Notes under the pieces: model-generated
What the model saw: only the letters and a program-made list of their open reading frames with translations
Told to the model about the DNA's origin: nothing
Databases searched by the model: none
NCBI GenBank assembly: GCA_038817885.1
Contig: JAWAZE010000005.1
Coordinates: forward strand, 1,097-65,096
DNA from: Candidatus Bathyarchaeia archaeon
GTDB taxonomy: Archaea > Thermoproteota > Bathyarchaeia > Bathyarchaeales > DTEX01
Reading direction: 5' to 3'
Length of the DNA stretch: 64,000 bases
Translations under genes and position numbers: made by a program
Shown here: positions 50,228 through 59,405 of the stretch, piece after piece
Layout: each line of letters starts with the position of its first letter
Numbering within the stretch: position 1 is the first letter of the stretch

Positions 50228-51031
50228 TTATGGAGCCTCAACCTCTTTTCTCTCCACACTCTTCTGTATTCTCTTCGTGACATGTCTGGGCAGAGCTATG
50301 TCCTCTTTCCGCATTTCAACTGGGCCGATTATCGTTAGCCCCCTGCCCGGTAAAATCATTATCTCATGTAGTTGTAGGTTATGGTTTGTCTGTCTCATCT
50401 TCTCGATTAAAATGTATCGCCTTAGAATACCATTTCTGATGAACCTCCGAAACCTTATTATGCCGTCAGATACATGCTCAACGCCCCAACCGAAAGCCTC
50501 AGAGGTTGTTATAGCATATTGTGAAGTTGCCATAATAGTAAAGTCCCATTTTGCTAGAACCTTCTTCACGAAATATGAGTATCTTCTGGCCATTGCGGGC
50601 TTATCAAGCCAGAACGCAGATAAAGAATCTATTACTAGGCGTGCCCTGCCATATCCGAGAGTCTTTTTTGCCTCAATAATCTTATTTATGAGCTCTTCAA
50701 CATCTAGACTTTGAAGTGACCATTCATCCTGCCGCCCCATTAAAGCGTCAATTATTATCATCTTCTTTTCGGCAATTCCCTTTGAGAAATCGAAGCCGAA
50801 CTGGGATGCCTGCCTAATAATCGATTCCCTGCTCTCCTCTGTTGTAACATAAATGCATTTGTCCCCCTCATTAACGCCTTGGGCAATAAAATGTATGCAA
50901 AGTATTGTTTTCCCGGTGCCCGGCTCACCAGTAATAGCTATCATAAAGCCCTTAGGTATTCCGCCCTCAAGCATGGCATCTAATTCTGAAATACCGGTTG
51001 ATAATCGCTCAATGCGCATAAATTTTTTCAA
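50228..51031 (-). CDS. KaiC-like/RecA-superfamily ATPase (single domain)
   Basis: LSTGISELDAMLEGGIPKG, Walker A GEPGTGKT, Walker B LVIDSLS. Confidence 0.85.
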   Translation of the reverse strand: MKKFMRIERLSTGISELDAMLEGGIPKGFMIAITGEPGTGKTILCIHFIAQGVNEGDKCIYVTTEESRESIIRQASQFGFDFSKGIAEKKMIIIDALMGRQDEWSLQSLDVEELINKIIEAKKTLGYGRARLVIDSLSAFWLDKPAMARRYSYFVKKVLAKWDFTIMATSQYAITTSEAFGWGVEHVSDGIIRFRRFIRNGILRRYILIEKMRQTNHNLQLHEIMILPGRGLTIIGPVEMRKEDIALPRHVTKRIQKSVERKEVEAP

Positions 51032-51058
51032 CTCTTAATCGAGTAATGCTTTAAAGGG

Positions 51059-51691
51059 TTAGTAATGGTAGTGTTGGAATAGATTTGGCTTTATATTTAA
51101 ATATACTAATGGCCCCTTCTCTTTAGATAACCTCGTAATTTTTGAGCTAACCATGTTATATATACTTAATGGATCCAGAACTATAAGATCATCTTTATTA
51201 GTTCTCTGTAAGCGCTTCGCAATCTCCTCAACTATTAGATTATCAGCTATGAATTCTGTCATGCAAATCTCGCCATATTCTACAAGCTTTCTAATGGTCA
51301 TACTCCTCAACTCGTTTTTCCAGTCCACTTCTTGCAGTATTCTTCTAGCCTTCTTGAGTCTCTCAATGTGATCCCGTGGCATCTCAAAATTCGTTGAGAG
51401 AATCCTGACGCGCTCTCGCCACTTTTTAAGCCACATGTCAGCCCAAAAATTTAATAGAATTTTGAAGTCTCTCGGGTTATCCTTAAAAATTTCTTCAAGT
51501 CTTCCATAGATCACTTTTGTATTATCGATGTCCATCTTAACCTTTAGCCATGTCTCTAAATCTTTTGAAGCATAAATGATCATCTGATAATCTGTAGTAT
51601 AGGGCTTAAACTGCGGAATAAAAGTCTCAAATTCTTTAACTAGGAACCCAAACAGCTTGCTTCGAAAACCCATCACACTCATTAGATGCAC
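51059..51691 (-). CDS. Hypothetical protein upstream of the KaiC-like ATPase
   Basis: 210-aa ORF with coding-like composition; 27-nt gap to the KaiC-like gene. No recognisable motifs. Confidence 0.4.
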   Translation of the reverse strand: MHLMSVMGFRSKLFGFLVKEFETFIPQFKPYTTDYQMIIYASKDLETWLKVKMDIDNTKVIYGRLEEIFKDNPRDFKILLNFWADMWLKKWRERVRILSTNFEMPRDHIERLKKARRILQEVDWKNELRSMTIRKLVEYGEICMTEFIADNLIVEEIAKRLQRTNKDDLIVLDPLSIYNMVSSKITRLSKEKGPLVYLNIKPNLFQHYHY

Positions 51692-51762
51692 TCACACATT
51701 ATTTTTATATCCTTAACATGAATTTAAAAGTTGCTTGAAGTAGATCTGACTAGCGTTTTTGT

Positions 51763-52677
51763 CTAGCGGAGGTTATCGGGCAAATCAGATAATCTTGGGA
51801 GCCCATCTCTAGCTCCCATCTTTATTAAGCATCTTGAAGCAACAAAGTTTCCTAAGATCCCGCACTCTTTGAGACTTTTCCCTTTAAGAAGTCCGTATAT
51901 GAAGCCAGCGCAGAAAGCATCTCCTGCCCCAGTTGTATCAACAACCTCAACTTTAAATGGCTCTAACAGATGGCTCTCTAAACCATTTGTAACGTAGCAA
52001 CCCCTATCACCCAGCTTAACCGCAACTATCTTCACGCCCTCCTCAAGAAGGATTTCAGCTCCCCTCCTATAATCATCTTCACCAGTTAAGAGGCGCACTT
52101 CACTCTCATTTGGTAAGAGGGCATAGCACTCCTTAATTATCGGTCTGAGACCCCTCAAACCTTTGCGGGCATAAATCGCTCCTGGATCAAGGGTTACTTT
52201 TATATCCCGTGGAAGATTTTCTAAAAGATTTTTCTGCGCCTCAAATGGTGTCTCACCAGCGAATGATGTTAAATGTAGTATTTTAGCGCCCTTTACGTAC
52301 CCTAAGTTAACCTCATTATACTCTAATGTATTGTTTACTCCAGGATCCAGATAGAGAGCCCTATTACCCTTTTTATCCACAAAACCTATAACCGTCCCGC
52401 TCCTACTGCTCTTTGAAACAACCACCCCTCCCACATCTACACCTTCATCTATAAAAGACTTAAGTAAGAGTTTTCCCTCCCTATCCTCCGCGACTTTGCC
52501 AACATAGCCAACTTTTACGCCAAGTCTCGCCAAACCCACGGCAGTATTGGCGGCGGAGCCGCCCGGTGCCTCCCTGAAATCAACTATTATGCTTTCCTCA
52601 TCGGCTCCAGCCAGTCTATCAACCTTATAAAGCTTATCCATGTTTAAGGCGCCGAAGCAAATAACCTCTAGGCTCAT
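51763..52677 (-). CDS. PfkB-family carbohydrate/nucleoside kinase
   Basis: GGSAANTA N-terminal motif and [10 protein letters not shown]-terminal motif. There is a 4-nt overlap with the upstream Ftr-like gene. Confidence 0.85.
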   Translation of the reverse strand: MSLEVICFGALNMDKLYKVDRLAGADEESIIVDFREAPGGSAANTAVGLARLGVKVGYVGKVAEDREGKLLLKSFIDEGVDVGGVVVSKSSRSGTVIGFVDKKGNRALYLDPGVNNTLEYNEVNLGYVKGAKILHLTSFAGETPFEAQKNLLENLPRDIKVTLDPGAIYARKGLRGLRPIIKECYALLPNESEVRLLTGEDDYRRGAEILLEEGVKIVAVKLGDRGCYVTNGLESHLLEPFKVEVVDTTGAGDAFCAGFIYGLLKGKSLKECGILGNFVASRCLIKMGARDGLPRLSDLPDNLR

Positions 52678-53609
52678 GGGAACAGATCCCTCAGATAAAT
52701 TTTATATTTGCCCAATCTGCCGCCATAATTTCCAGCAGAGACTCTAACAACTCCCTTAACCGAGGAAACAGCTTTTATTCCCCTCTTCATAGCCTCTTTA
52801 ACAGCGTTTAGGGTGAGCCCATTTATCACTATCTCCGGGATATATCGCACACCCTCAGGGACCTTTGATTCTGGGCCGAGCTTATTCTTAAGTGAGGGGC
52901 AGTAGGGGTGGTTTGTTGTTGGACCTATATGTGGAAATTTTGTTTCAGGCTTTGATCCTGCCGAGCATATATCGAATGGCGTAACTACTCCTTCAACTTG
53001 GCTTATAGCCCTTAAAGCCTTTTTCCCAGCCTCCAGCACAGCTCTCTTTGTTCGGCACATGTACCAGAAGTTTCCGCCCATGACCCCACGCCCATAACCT
53101 AAATAACGCTCAATTTTAAAGTCTGGAACCATTATTGGGATAATTATCATCTCCCTGCCGTATAAATTCTCAACCCACTCATAGCCGTCGCCGCAGTGTC
53201 CTATAAGCTCCATCGCATTCACCCTACCTATTGGATTCGGGCAGGCGTTGAAGACCGTTGTAAAAGGCTTGACAAGAATATCCTGCCTAACTCTATAAGA
53301 AAACTCTCTGTAAAATCTTCTTACAATATCATCTAAGGTTTTTCTCTCATCTATTCCACTCCAAAATTGTAGTATAACGCCGGGGCGTCTATCCGGGGTC
53401 TCGTCCCTCGGAACCCAACGCTCCACCCCACTCTCTATCCGACCTATCACAGTTGAGGGGGTTGCCGTCGAGTCTTCAGCAGCTTTTTTAAGGGTCCAAG
53501 TATCATCTGCGGTGACAAGTATCCTAAAATAAAGTCCCTCAAAAGTCTCCGCATAGGTATCCTCAATAAATATGTTCAAGTTAATCCCCAATACAGAGAA
53601 ATGGGGCAA
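52674..53609 (-). CDS. ftr: Formylmethanofuran:tetrahydromethanopterin formyltransferase family protein (Ftr-like)
   Basis: [40 protein letters not shown] and VINGL...VKEAM...[20 protein letters not shown] closely follow the remembered Ftr sequence pattern. Confidence 0.8.
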   Translation of the reverse strand: MPHFSVLGINLNIFIEDTYAETFEGLYFRILVTADDTWTLKKAAEDSTATPSTVIGRIESGVERWVPRDETPDRRPGVILQFWSGIDERKTLDDIVRRFYREFSYRVRQDILVKPFTTVFNACPNPIGRVNAMELIGHCGDGYEWVENLYGREMIIIPIMVPDFKIERYLGYGRGVMGGNFWYMCRTKRAVLEAGKKALRAISQVEGVVTPFDICSAGSKPETKFPHIGPTTNHPYCPSLKNKLGPESKVPEGVRYIPEIVINGLTLNAVKEAMKRGIKAVSSVKGVVRVSAGNYGGRLGKYKIYLRDLFP

Positions 53610-53798
53610 AAATAATAATTAATGCTTTTCGGCGCTCCCACTCTAGATGGTTATCCTTCTTTTATTCTCCTCTCGCTCTTCCCTCGCTTTGTTACGTAGC
53701 GCCTTGTCAAGGATATCGCCAAAAGGTCTTCCATAAAAGGAGATACTATCTTTAGTGTTTCCGTCTAAAAATTGTTTCAAAGGAAAACTTATAATATT

Positions 53799-54875
53799 TT
53801 AGCCGAGGGATCCTATGGCCTCCCCTCTGACAGTTTTCCTGAAAGCTGTGCTCTCCTGTATTAGACGCTCCATGTTGCTTGGTGTTATCCTCTCAACCCA
53901 GGGCGCCCTATCTGGGTGAAGTTTTCTAAGGTATTCAAGTAGTGTTAGGTCACAGCAGCCTTCTAATGAAGATATATCCCAGTTTTCCGCCAAGCTGAGT
54001 ACATTTTCTTTACCATTCCTCTTAAACTGCTCAGCTAGCACCGCTAAAATAATTGCGTTATGTGATAGGACCGCTACCTCAGCCTCTCTAATAGCATATT
54101 GATTCCCATTAAATGATATTGTTAGCCCACCGTTCTCTCTGACTAGCCTAAATGACTCTACATCAGTTATACTGTCACCAACGTAAATGACCGATGAAAG
54201 CCTTCCATAAAGTGATGAGACTATCTCCTCAACAGCCCTCGCCTTCTCGTATCCGCCAACTGGGTTTATCTCTTTTAACGCTCGGCCCACCTCCATGTTT
54301 GTTATCTCCTCCCAAAAGATCTCGTCAAGGCGCCTAATAACCCTCTGAGTCTCCAGCGGCAGATCCTCCAGCGATTTAGCACCCGCTGTGACCTCTATCA
54401 TCGGCATACTGGTTATCTCCTCCTTTAATTCCCTTAATCTCTCAATCTCTTCCCGCGGGGTCTCGTACCTATCTATATTTATTCTTGTGCAGTAAACGTT
54501 TTCTTTGGGGAAATCTATAGTTTTGCAGAGGGCTTCTATATATGGCTCATAACTTGTACTCACGATGAAAGATGGCATAATCGATCTAATGTAGCGTAAT
54601 GCCTCGGGGGATCCAGGCATCAACAATAGTGTTTCCCTTGAGAAGCGTCTCATGATCTCGTTGGTCGCGCCATAAGCCTTTAAGAAAGGGATTATAAGCT
54701 TAAGTGTGTCGCCAGCTTTGTATCCCGGCCTCTTAATGATATCCGCCAGAACATCATCATACCTACTTATTATAGTAAAGAGTTTATCGCCATTAGGTAT
54801 AAGCCAGCTCGTGATCTCGAACGCGTTATCGTTCTTTGAAACCGGCCCCTCACAGTCAGTTATGAAGATTGGCAT
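53799..54875 (-). CDS. HAD-like protein (EhaR-like by recollection)
   Basis: N-terminal FITDCEGP (a degenerate HAD motif I) and a later YVGDSITD (motif IV-like). 16-nt overlap with the upstream PurD-like gene. Confidence 0.45.
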   Translation of the reverse strand: MPIFITDCEGPVSKNDNAFEITSWLIPNGDKLFTIISRYDDVLADIIKRPGYKAGDTLKLIIPFLKAYGATNEIMRRFSRETLLLMPGSPEALRYIRSIMPSFIVSTSYEPYIEALCKTIDFPKENVYCTRINIDRYETPREEIERLRELKEEITSMPMIEVTAGAKSLEDLPLETQRVIRRLDEIFWEEITNMEVGRALKEINPVGGYEKARAVEEIVSSLYGRLSSVIYVGDSITDVESFRLVRENGGLTISFNGNQYAIREAEVAVLSHNAIILAVLAEQFKRNGKENVLSLAENWDISSLEGCCDLTLLEYLRKLHPDRAPWVERITPSNMERLIQESTAFRKTVRGEAIGSLG

Positions 54876-56290
54876 CGCGCCCTCCTCCTTAAGGCCTCCA
54901 TGTGCTTTATACTGCGTTCAATATGCTCCCTTGAAGCTATATCATTTCTATGCCATAGTGCTCCACCCTTAATGGTCTTTATACCCTCCATCGCTATCTC
55001 GCGTGCGCTCTGGATATCATCAGCTATTCCCAGAACGGCGACGGCTCTGGAAGATAACGCGTAAGTCTTTCCATCATCACGTAGCTCCATAGAGCCGGGA
55101 TAAATCCTGATATTATCACCATACTTTTCTGAGAGTTTCTCGGCTTCATATAAAATCACTGGCGTTCCTATTTCACCTTTATTGACCAGATGTGGGAAAG
55201 TGTTTATGTATCCGCCGTAGTTTGGCGGAACCTTATAAATTACCACAGCCGCCTTATTTTCAATATCAATGCGGGTTAAGTTTCCCTCAATCATCCTAAA
55301 GCATATTTCGACGAAATCATCCCTCAATAAGGCTAATATCGGTATTATTTCTGGATCCCCAGGTCTACTATTATTCTCTAGTATCATTGGCCCCCTGCCA
55401 GTATGTATGAAGGCTTCGTAGAAGGGCATCCCCCGCAAACTCGGGTTTGATCCTCCACCCTTAAGTCTCTCAAAAATTCTCTCAATTATTCTCTTCTCCT
55501 CCTCCCAATCCTCAGGCCTCATGAATGGTAAGATATAACTCTTGTCTTTATAGGTGCCCATACCGCCAGTATTTGGTCCTCTATCCCCGTCAAAAGCCCT
55601 TTTATAATCTCTTGTTTCAGGTAAGGGGACTATGTGCTTTCCATCGCAGAAGGCTTGGTAGCTCGACTCCTCACCATCTATCTTCTCTTCAACTATGACT
55701 GGCCCAACCTTAAAATTCGCCAGAAAATGCTCTAAAAGATCTTCACGAGTGTTAAAGTGGTCCCCCCAGACCCCCACACCCTTACCCGCCGCTGGCGCAT
55801 CTGGCTTAACGGCCACCTTGTTGTCGAGTTCACCAAGCCACGCATATAAGTCCCTCTTAACATCTTCTATACTACTGTAATCTTTTGGGTTGAACACTTT
55901 AAACCTTGGGTTCGCTTCCGGAACAATCCCTTGAAAGAGGATCCTTTGTAGAACCTTACTTCTTTCGAGGGCATACTCTCTTGTTGGGCATATCATCGGT
56001 ATACCAATGTTATTCTCGATTAAGTCCCTTATTCCCTCAATTATCGGCTTCTCTGGACCAACTATACCAAAATCTATTTCATCTCTATGTTTCTCAGCAA
56101 ACTTGTATATACTGTTAATGTTGAGATCTGGGATGACAACATGCTCTTTAGCCTTACGAAGATTAAAGGGGTTTCTCTGTCTATCAGCGACGTATAGGTC
56201 AACCTTATATTCGCGGCTTTTCATAAAGGCATCAATCATGGCAGCCTCCCTAGAACCATAAGAAACTACAAGGATGCCAACGCGCTCCAT
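54860..56290 (-). CDS. PurD-family ATP-grasp ligase (divergent phosphoribosylamine-glycine ligase-like)
   Basis: AAGKGV, DGEESSYQAF, DYKRAFDGDRGPNTGGMG and NSRPGDPE are PurD hallmarks. The N-terminal GSGGREHA is replaced by SYGSREAA. 476 aa. Confidence 0.75.
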   Translation of the reverse strand: MERVGILVVSYGSREAAMIDAFMKSREYKVDLYVADRQRNPFNLRKAKEHVVIPDLNINSIYKFAEKHRDEIDFGIVGPEKPIIEGIRDLIENNIGIPMICPTREYALERSKVLQRILFQGIVPEANPRFKVFNPKDYSSIEDVKRDLYAWLGELDNKVAVKPDAPAAGKGVGVWGDHFNTREDLLEHFLANFKVGPVIVEEKIDGEESSYQAFCDGKHIVPLPETRDYKRAFDGDRGPNTGGMGTYKDKSYILPFMRPEDWEEEKRIIERIFERLKGGGSNPSLRGMPFYEAFIHTGRGPMILENNSRPGDPEIIPILALLRDDFVEICFRMIEGNLTRIDIENKAAVVIYKVPPNYGGYINTFPHLVNKGEIGTPVILYEAEKLSEKYGDNIRIYPGSMELRDDGKTYALSSRAVAVLGIADDIQSAREIAMEGIKTIKGGALWHRNDIASREHIERSIKHMEALRRRARCQSS

Positions 56291-56395
56291 AAACCATCAC
56301 TAAAAATAATAATTTATTTTTTAATATTAGAAGAATTCCCCAAAATGGATAAGCCTTTTAAGAGGTCACATTAGAAAAGAGTTCTGGAGAAGATT

Positions 56396-57598
56396 ATGAG
56401 CGATCCACCAGCCATAATCGGAGTTGGTAGAACCAGGTTCGGTGAGCATTATGAGTTAGATCCAGAGGATCTAATTGATGAAGCGGGATTAATGGCTCTA
56501 GAGTCCGCTGGGGTTGAGCGTAAAGATTTGAAAGCATGCTATATTTCAGACTATTTGCTTCAACTTACTAATAAAATGGGCTTAGAAGAGGGCTTTATTT
56601 CGCATCTATTAGAGATGAATATGCCAATTGAGAGGCTGCGGTCGTTCAGCTCGGCGCTAATGAACGCTTGTAATGCAATCGAGGCTGGAAAATACGATAT
56701 AGTCCTTGTCGGCGGAATTGAAAAGATGACTGATAGATGGGGTAAAATAAGGGATAATCTTATGCTCTTCATGGACCGCTGGAGCTATTATGCCGGCGGC
56801 ACACCAGAATCGAATCATGAACTCCTCCTCAGGGAATATATTAAAGAGAATAAAATTAACAGAGCTGACCGAGAAAAGCTCATGCTAACTTTAGCGTACA
56901 TCTCCGTTAAAAATCACCGTAACGCTATATGGAACGAGTATGCTCACTTTAGAAAGGAGATCGATGTTGAGAAAGTTTTAGCAGCTAGGAGGGAGGAGCA
57001 TAAGGTTCTTGGGACTTATGATTTCGCCCCAATATCTGATGGAGCAACGGCCTTAGTATTGGCAAGTTCAAGAAAGGCTAAAGAATATGTCGATGAACCA
57101 ATATATGTGCTTGCATCAGCCCTAGCAACAGACTATATCTCCTACCCCTCTAGACCATATAGATCTGGCTTCATGGCAAGCAGAATAGCAATAGAAAAAG
57201 CCCTGAAAATGGCGAATATAAACTTAAACGACATAAAATTACTGGAAGTATATGATCAATCAACTGTGCTTGAGATGATTTCGCTTGAGGATCTTGGATT
57301 TATCGAGAGGGGGACAGCGTGGATGAAACTTTATGAGAACTTTAAGAACTCTAATGGCTACTATGACCTCTCTGGAAAAGAGGTTTATGTGAATACAAAT
57401 GGCGGGTTAAAAGCTGATGGGAACCCCCTTGGCGCAACTGGTGGGGCCCAGATATTTGAGGTCGTTGAGCAACTTAGGGGTAAAGCTGGTCAGAGACAGG
57501 TGAAACCTAATGGTGACCTACTTTACGGCTGTGTTCAGGAAATGGAGGGTTTCGGAACGAAGGTTTATGTCCATATATTGGGGAGGGAGAGGGCGTGA
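56396..57598 (+). CDS. Thiolase-fold protein (SCP2-thiolase-like) apparently lacking catalytic residues
   Basis: The overall pattern matches archaeal thiolases (GVGRTRFGE, YDIVLVGGIEKMTD, PISDGATALVL, NTNGGLKA.G.PLGATG). However, L81, Y286/Q288 and N343 occupy the Cys, HDCF and GHP positions. Confidence 0.8.
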   Translation: MSDPPAIIGVGRTRFGEHYELDPEDLIDEAGLMALESAGVERKDLKACYISDYLLQLTNKMGLEEGFISHLLEMNMPIERLRSFSSALMNACNAIEAGKYDIVLVGGIEKMTDRWGKIRDNLMLFMDRWSYYAGGTPESNHELLLREYIKENKINRADREKLMLTLAYISVKNHRNAIWNEYAHFRKEIDVEKVLAARREEHKVLGTYDFAPISDGATALVLASSRKAKEYVDEPIYVLASALATDYISYPSRPYRSGFMASRIAIEKALKMANINLNDIKLLEVYDQSTVLEMISLEDLGFIERGTAWMKLYENFKNSNGYYDLSGKEVYVNTNGGLKADGNPLGATGGAQIFEVVEQLRGKAGQRQVKPNGDLLYGCVQEMEGFGTKVYVHILGRERA

Positions 57599-59106
57599 GT
57601 AGTGAGCCGATAGAGAGAAGGGTCACTTATATTGGCGATAGGCTTAAGGGCAGTAAGTGCCCATTTTGTGGGAAAAAATATTTTAAGCCAAAAAGGTATT
57701 GCGGAAATTGTGGTAGAAAGAGTCTCGGAAAGATGGAAGAGATAGATTTCTTTTACGAGAAGGGTGTCCTTGAAACATGTACTATTATTAGAGAGCCGAC
57801 AAATAAGTTTATGAAGCTCGCCCCCTTCATATATGGAATAATATACTTTTATGAGGGCAAAGTGAGAGTTCCTGGCAGATTAACTGACATGATCATTAAA
57901 GGTGATAAAGAGGTAGATTTAGATGATCTTGAGGGCAGGGAGGTTGTGCCAAGGTTTAGGCGTAGATGCTCTGTCGGTAAAAGCGATATTATACCAACAA
58001 TTTCCCTAGCCTTTACCTTTGCCGATGAATATTACCCATATCAGCGATATGAGGTGCTCCGCCCAAATAAAGAATATGAAGTCCCGGGAATAGTGGGCTA
58101 TGGCGTATATGTTTCGAGGTTCAGGATTAAGGAAACTAGCTTAGAGCGCTCAGTTCCATTTATAGACGAGGACGCTGTGACGGCTGCTGTTGAGGCTGGA
58201 AAGATGGCGCTGATACATTCTGGCGTGGACAATAGGTTTGTAGGTAAAGTTTATGTTGGCACAGAATCTAATCCATACGCCGTTAACCCAATAGCCTCTA
58301 AAGTCGCACAAGTCTTAAAGCTTGGTGGAGAAGGTACTGATGGAATACAGGAGGTGGATGCGGTTGACACAGAGTTTGCTTGTAAGGCAGCCTCAAGCAT
58401 GTTTAAAGACGCTATCGCTCTAACATATTATCCTAGAGATACAGTAGAGTACGTGATGGTTATCGGTGCCGATAACGCTCAAGCCGCACCTAGATGCGAG
58501 CCGGGCGGAGAATTAGATTATTTTGTTGGTTACGGGGGAGCAGCCTTCATATTTGGTAAGAAGGATGTTATTGCTGAGGTTGAGGGATGGTGCTCCTGTA
58601 CATCTGATACGCCCGACTTCTGGAGGAGGGATTTAGAGCCATACCCGCGGCATGGCGGCCGTTTCACAGGAGAACCAGCATACTTTAAGCACGTTATAAA
58701 GACTGGTAGAAAGCTTATGGAAAAGATGAGCTTGAAGCCGAGTGATATAGACTATTTTGTCTGCCATCAACCCAACCCAACATTTCCAGTGAGGGCGGCT
58801 ACAACATTAGGTTTTAAGCCGGAGCAGTATCTGCCGGGAATATGTGTAACAAAGTTTGGTAATACTTATTCCTCTTCTTCGTTGATAGGCTTAGCTGCGG
58901 TGTTAGATCAGGCTGAGCCGTATAAAAGGATAATGATTGTTAGTTATGGCTCGGGTGCGGGGAGCGACGCCTATATATTCGTGACAACAAATCAAATTAA
59001 AGATAAAAGAGGTAGACAGAAGTTCACTGTTAGGCATCAATCGGAAAATAAATTTATTGAATACGTTGACTACGCAACGTATAGAATGTTTAAGGAAGGA
59101 CTTTAG
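57595..59106 (+). CDS. DUF35 (Zn-ribbon plus OB-fold) fused to HMG-CoA synthase
   Basis: N-terminal CPFCGKKYFKPKRYCGNCG plus an OB segment. The HMGCS core follows with GTES (Glu), EFACKAA (Cys), CHQPN (His) and GNTYSSSS. The GTG start overlaps the upstream stop by 4 nt. Confidence 0.85.
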   Translation: MSSEPIERRVTYIGDRLKGSKCPFCGKKYFKPKRYCGNCGRKSLGKMEEIDFFYEKGVLETCTIIREPTNKFMKLAPFIYGIIYFYEGKVRVPGRLTDMIIKGDKEVDLDDLEGREVVPRFRRRCSVGKSDIIPTISLAFTFADEYYPYQRYEVLRPNKEYEVPGIVGYGVYVSRFRIKETSLERSVPFIDEDAVTAAVEAGKMALIHSGVDNRFVGKVYVGTESNPYAVNPIASKVAQVLKLGGEGTDGIQEVDAVDTEFACKAASSMFKDAIALTYYPRDTVEYVMVIGADNAQAAPRCEPGGELDYFVGYGGAAFIFGKKDVIAEVEGWCSCTSDTPDFWRRDLEPYPRHGGRFTGEPAYFKHVIKTGRKLMEKMSLKPSDIDYFVCHQPNPTFPVRAATTLGFKPEQYLPGICVTKFGNTYSSSSLIGLAAVLDQAEPYKRIMIVSYGSGAGSDAYIFVTTNQIKDKRGRQKFTVRHQSENKFIEYVDYATYRMFKEGL

Positions 59107-59135
59107 CCGCTGGGCTGTAAGGGAATGTAAAAAAT

Positions 59136-59150
59136 GAAAAAGTTTATATT
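59136..59150 (+). promoter_or_regulatory. BRE/TATA-like promoter (gaaaaag tttatatt)
   Basis: A purine-rich BRE-like run followed by a TATA-like octamer, about 25 nt upstream of the first base of a long hairpin at 59174. Confidence 0.35.
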
Positions 59151-59173
59151 CATCTTACCATCTCTATTTAATC

Positions 59174-59405
59174 GCTAACATCAGAGCGGTTAAGTCGAGA
59201 TTAAACCCTCGGCTTTCTGCTTTGGTGTTAGCTCCGCGATACAGGACGAAGAGTAATGCTGAACGAACTAAATACTCCGAAAAAGTTGATTGTGGTGGTA
59301 AATCTTCTCTCTTCTATGGGGACGTCTAGACAATCATATTATTCTTCACCGGAGTTCTATCGTAGTTCATTGTTAAACAGCGTTTTCCGCTCCTGGGATC
59401 GCGGG
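59174..59405 (+). ncRNA. Candidate structured RNA or structured 5' leader (unclassified)
   Basis: Hand-folded. Hairpin 59174-59232 has 16 + 8 bp including 4 G-U pairs. A long-range closing helix pairs 59234-59246 with 59391-59404 (7 + 5 bp). Confidence 0.3.
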
